From positions 1,120,001-1,184,000 of the forward strand of contig CBDFGR010000003.1 of NCBI GenBank assembly GCA_965247115.1: a stretch of 64,000 bases of DNA, given 5' to 3'. The notes beneath the pieces are model-generated. The model was not told the DNA's origin, ran no database searches, and worked only from the letters and a program-made list of their open reading frames with translations. Of the stretch, positions 60,671 through 64,000 are shown piece after piece. Source of the stretch: Myxococcota bacterium (GTDB lineage Bacteria; Myxococcota_A; UBA9160; SZUA-336). The position numbers and the translations under genes were made by a program. Each line of letters begins with the position of its first letter. Positions within the stretch are counted from its first letter, which is position 1.

Positions 60671-60680
60671 GGCAGTACCC
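60660..60680 (-). repeat. Right terminal inverted repeat
   Basis: TTTCAAACTGAGGCAGTACCC. Confidence 0.88.
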
Positions 60681-60977
60681 GACCGTGAGGACCCCGACGC
60701 CTGCGCCTACCCTCTTGATCCCGACGACTTGGGCCGGTGCCTGCGACTCCTCGAGAGGTTCCCAGAGTGGAAGGAACGGCTACCCGAGATGGAGGCGCTT
60801 GATCCAGTCTGGGGCGCCTTGGCGGAGCACTGGTACGAACTCGCTGCTCTCTACCACGAGGAGGCTCGATTCCGGATGGCTCCCAAGTGCTACAAGCGAA
60901 TGAGGGAGCTGATCGATCCGCTCCGGTACGTTCGACCGACGTTCATCCATCCCGTCAGTCAAGAAGGCGAACGATGA
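60681..60977 (+). pseudogene. 5'-truncated phage-type hypothetical gene
   Basis: YPLDPDDLGRCLRLLERFPEW...W begins directly after the TIR with no start codon; stop overlaps the next ATG. Confidence 0.6.
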
Positions 60978-62017
60978 ACGAGCCGCTCAATGTCTATGAC
61001 CCGGTTCGGGAGAAATCTGGAAGCCTCGAAAGTCTGCTTGAGGCCAACCAGAGACATCGGGATAGCCAGTGGCCGGAGCCGTTCGATAAGACGACACACA
61101 CGCTCCACCTGGGCGACGCGAGAAAGCTGGATCAGATAGAAGCGGGCTCCATACATCTGATTGTCACATCCCCGCCATACTGGACGTTGAAAAAGCATCC
61201 CGCTGCCAAAGACCAGCTTGGCGATATAGAAGATTACGAGCAGTTTCTGGTGTCTCTAGATCGCGTATGGCGCGAGTGTGAGCGCGTGTTGGTGCCAGGT
61301 GGGAGGATCTGCTGCGTGGTCGGCGACGTGTGTATGTCGAGGAAAAAGAACGGGAAACACTACGTCGTGCCGTTACATGCGGATATTCAGGTCCGATCCC
61401 GCGCGCTGGGTCTGGACTGTCTTACGCCGATCTTCTGGCACAAGATCTCTAACGGCCTCCAAGAGGCGAGCGGAAACGGGGCGCGCTACTACGGAAAGCC
61501 GTACCAGCCCGGCGGCGTGATTAAGAATGATGTGGAATACATTCTGTTCTTCAGGAAGGGAGCAGGTTACCGCTCGCCGTCCGCCGAGCAACAGGCACTC
61601 TCGATGCTGACCAAAGCGGAGGTTCGGAGCTGGTTCAAGTCGGCGTGGACGGACATTAAAGGGGCTTCGACGCGGAACGGACACCCGGCGCCCTATCCCA
61701 CGGAAGTTGCTGAGCGCCTGATCCGCATGTTTTCGTTCGCTGGGGATACTGTACTAGACCCATTTGTCGGGACCTGTTCAACCCTGATCGCTGCGATGCA
61801 CATGGGCCGGAATTCCATAGGAATCGAGATTGAGCCAGCTTACCTTGAACTTGCCAAATACCGTCTTGAAGGTGAACTCGAAAAACATCGCTTCAACGTA
61901 AACACCACAGCCTTGCTGATCGGACCGTGTGGTGACCTCGCAAACCGTCGGAGACGAAGCGCTGGCGGCTCGGGCGTGGAAAGTTTCAGGGATAATTCCC
62001 CAAGTGGAGATCACTAG
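60974..62017 (+). CDS. N4/N6 DNA methyltransferase (beta class)
   Basis: LIVTSPPYW, RVLVPGG, HPAPYP, DPFVGTCST, GIEIE. Confidence 0.92.
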   Translation: MNEPLNVYDPVREKSGSLESLLEANQRHRDSQWPEPFDKTTHTLHLGDARKLDQIEAGSIHLIVTSPPYWTLKKHPAAKDQLGDIEDYEQFLVSLDRVWRECERVLVPGGRICCVVGDVCMSRKKNGKHYVVPLHADIQVRSRALGLDCLTPIFWHKISNGLQEASGNGARYYGKPYQPGGVIKNDVEYILFFRKGAGYRSPSAEQQALSMLTKAEVRSWFKSAWTDIKGASTRNGHPAPYPTEVAERLIRMFSFAGDTVLDPFVGTCSTLIAAMHMGRNSIGIEIEPAYLELAKYRLEGELEKHRFNVNTTALLIGPCGDLANRRRRSAGGSGVESFRDNSPSGDH

Positions 62018-62089
62018 GGTGACCTCAGAACTCGGATTAGGCCCCGTCGATCGACCGACGGGTACAGACCCAGCGGGTCAGGAGGGAGA

Positions 62090-62443
62090 ATGAGCCACAC
62101 GCCTACGCCGTGGATGTATCAAGAGCGCGGGCCGCGAGAAGTAAAGCTTCTCCGGGTTCACTATGAGATCGGCTCTCAGGCAAATGGGGAAGGAATCGGA
62201 CTTGCTTTTGGCGACGATGAAGTGAACGCCGAGCACATCGTCCGCTGCGTGAACTCCCACGACGCGCTCGTAGAGGCGCTGCTCGAGGCGCAAATGGAGC
62301 TGCTCCATGTCGCCGGGGGGCAGGGTAAGCCTGAGGCTGCGAAGGACATGCTCCCCCGCATCCGGGACGCACTCAACTTGGCCGATGGACTGACGGGCAG
62401 CCAACCCGCGGGTCAATCAAGAGGCGGCGATGGGACCGACTGA
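62090..62443 (+). CDS. Phage-type hypothetical protein
   Basis: HTPTPW...NAEHIVRCVNSHDALVEAL; RBS GGAGG. Confidence 0.7.
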   Translation: MSHTPTPWMYQERGPREVKLLRVHYEIGSQANGEGIGLAFGDDEVNAEHIVRCVNSHDALVEALLEAQMELLHVAGGQGKPEAAKDMLPRIRDALNLADGLTGSQPAGQSRGGDGTD

Positions 62444-62750
62444 GAACGTGCGCGTTGCAACTCGGCATGGGTATCTCGATACCCCCGCGTACAGCACACA
62501 ATGCGAGTTCCTGATGGTCCACCGGAGTCTTGCCGGTGATCTCTGGTCGATCACCCACATACCCACAGGCCACTACTGTGCGAAGGTGGACACGCTCCGC
62601 GACGGCAGGGAGTTCGCACGAAGGTTGAGGGAGTTGGACTGGAATTTCCGGAGTCCTCGGTCCTCGAAGATGAAGGCCCTCGGTGAACCCGTCCGGAAGG
62701 TACTTGGCGACTTGCGCGCAGCGCGGAACGGCCGCGAGATCCGCCGCTGA
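62430..62750 (+). CDS. Phage-type hypothetical protein
   Basis: WSITHIPTG motif; overlaps the previous gene. Confidence 0.65.
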   Translation: MGPTENVRVATRHGYLDTPAYSTQCEFLMVHRSLAGDLWSITHIPTGHYCAKVDTLRDGREFARRLRELDWNFRSPRSSKMKALGEPVRKVLGDLRAARNGREIRR

Positions 62751-62790
62751 CGAACGCATCCCAACACCGGCAGTCGGGGGAAACAACACG

Positions 62791-62968
62791 GTGAGCGATC
62801 GCAAGTGCGAGCAGTGCCAGAGAGTCGTCTACACCAATAGGAAACGCTGCACCTACTGCGAACGGCTCGTCTGTAAAGGGTGCTGGAGCGGCCTTCCCCA
62901 AGTATGCGTGCGGTCAGTGCCTGGAGGTGCCGACGGAGAAGACGACCGTCAGTCAGGAGAAGCCATGA
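62791..62968 (+). CDS. Small zinc-finger protein (four CxxC), frameshifted near 62900
   Basis: CEQC, CTYC, CKGC, then KYACGQC...EKP* in the next frame, ending in an ATGA overlap. Confidence 0.5.
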
Positions 62969-63137
62969 CGCCGGAGCGCAGGGCCGAACTCTACGACTCG
63001 ATCAGCAATCCCTGTGCCGCCTGCGGATCGGGTGTCACGGCGTCCTGCTTGGAAACTGACGGTTGCGCGCCACGCGAGAAGCAGATTGAGCGCCTCGCAG
63101 ACGAGTTCAGAGCTGCTGTCCTGGCCGAGCGAGAGGC
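62965..63137 (+). pseudogene. Phage-type gene whose 3' part is replaced by the opposing methyltransferase gene
   Basis: RBS GGAG, MTPERRAEL...CAACG...LADEFRAAVLAERE, then reads antisense of 63107-64000. Confidence 0.4.
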
Positions 63138-64000
63138 TTCTCCGCCGGGAGGTCGAGCTGAACGTGGTCGATCGGAGCTCTCTGGGCTTGCAAGTAGGGG
63201 AGATAAACCGGGGGAAGCCCGGGTCTTTCGTTCTGAAGCAACTGCTCCACTGTCACGACCTGGATCTTCGGGAAGGGCTGCCCGGTCATCGGCCAGCTGT
63301 AGGTCCCGGCAGCGTCTGCAGCCCGGGTCATCCCGGGTGTGGGTTCCCTCATAAGGATCAAGACTCCGAGCTGTGCATCCTCCGCGGTAAGCGTCCCGTG
63401 GAGTTCTCGAACCATCGCCGGCCCTATGTTCTCTCCTCCTTTGACTGAGACGATTCCCAACCCAAATTCGCCCTCCGGAAGGTCGAATCGTAGTCGGCCG
63501 TCGACACCTTCATCACCCACTTGCTTGTCGTTTGCCTGAGCCTTCAATCGGGTGACTGCCCAGGTCTCAAAGTCGAACCTGTTCTTCTCCCAAAGGGCAC
63601 AAGCACCGGCTAGATCTTTCGGCTTGCCGGCGACCCCATAAGAATCCGAGATCGTGGAGCCATATCGGTCATGCAATCGAGTCTCGATTACATCGATCGC
63701 GAGATAGGCGATGTCGATTCCGATCCACGTTCGACCTAGGGCCTGCGCCGCATCAATCGCCGTCCCACATCCGCAGAACGGATCAAGGACCGTATCGCCC
63801 TCATCACTACATGCGCGTATGATCCTTTCGAGGAGAGCGAAAGGCTTCTGTGTCGGGTAGCCGAGACGCTCCTTCGAACTGTTGTTGAGCTTGTCGATTT
63901 CCCATACGTCATCGACGGGCCGCCCCTCCAGCATTGCATCTGCCACGTAGCGCTTGATGCGTTTCCCACCGCCAGCATCCGATAGGACGTAGTCACCATG
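63107..64000 (-). CDS. DNA methyltransferase fused to an Mrr-like restriction endonuclease domain, partial (5' end beyond the window)
   Basis: ERLGYPTQKP, DPFCGCGT, GIDI; FETWAV...DEGVDG...SVKGG...MVRELHG; frame open to 64000. Confidence 0.88.
   Translation of the reverse strand, partial: HGDYVLSDAGGGKRIKRYVADAMLEGRPVDDVWEIDKLNNSSKERLGYPTQKPFALLERIIRACSDEGDTVLDPFCGCGTAIDAAQALGRTWIGIDIAYLAIDVIETRLHDRYGSTISDSYGVAGKPKDLAGACALWEKNRFDFETWAVTRLKAQANDKQVGDEGVDGRLRFDLPEGEFGLGIVSVKGGENIGPAMVRELHGTLTAEDAQLGVLILMREPTPGMTRAADAAGTYSWPMTGQPFPKIQVVTVEQLLQNERPGLPPVYLPYLQAQRAPIDHVQLDLPAEKPLARPGQQL

Larger units (their letters stand above)
57671..60680. mobile_element. IS1-family element with passenger genes, 3010 bp
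   Basis: TIRs 19/21 identical, DDE transposase, interrupted genes on both sides. Confidence 0.85.
56322..64000. mobile_element. Prophage-like / integrative element (continues beyond the window)
   Basis: att core, tightly coupled small ORFs, Zn-finger and HExxH proteins, phage-type DNA methyltransferases; no integrase or structural genes within the window. Confidence 0.65.

Overview
High-GC bacterial DNA. The gene content (PilZ proteins, many acyl-CoA dehydrogenases, LLM oxidoreductases, DUF222-type HNH) suggests a Myxococcota/Binatota-like heterotroph, but that is an inference. From 1 to about 49.4 kb the window is mostly metabolic and accessory genes: CoA-dependent catabolism, oxidoreductases, gpsA, and an ATP-dependent ligase next to a LigD-type polymerase. 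Three unusual inserts sit among them: an HNH gene bracketed by two copies of a GC palindrome, a 1519-aa SF1 helicase with a degenerate Vsr-like nuclease tail, and an A/T-richer two-gene MotB/ZorB-like plus MotA/ZorA-like motor whose B subunit has a roughly 430-residue stalk of 26-aa repeats. From 49.4 to 56.4 kb is a decayed integration hotspot with three progressively eroded copies of a tRNA-Leu-type 3' end (att remnants), an integrase relic and gene fragments. From 56.3 kb to the end is a prophage-like element with three DNA methyltransferase genes. One of them is interrupted by a 3.0-kb IS1-family element with 21-bp TIRs that carries an HTH-ImmA/IrrE peptidase plus partner gene (RosmerTA-like). 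Several single-base frameshifts suggest assembly indel errors. No CRISPR array, rRNA or complete tRNA was seen. All family assignments come from reading motifs by eye; no database search was run.
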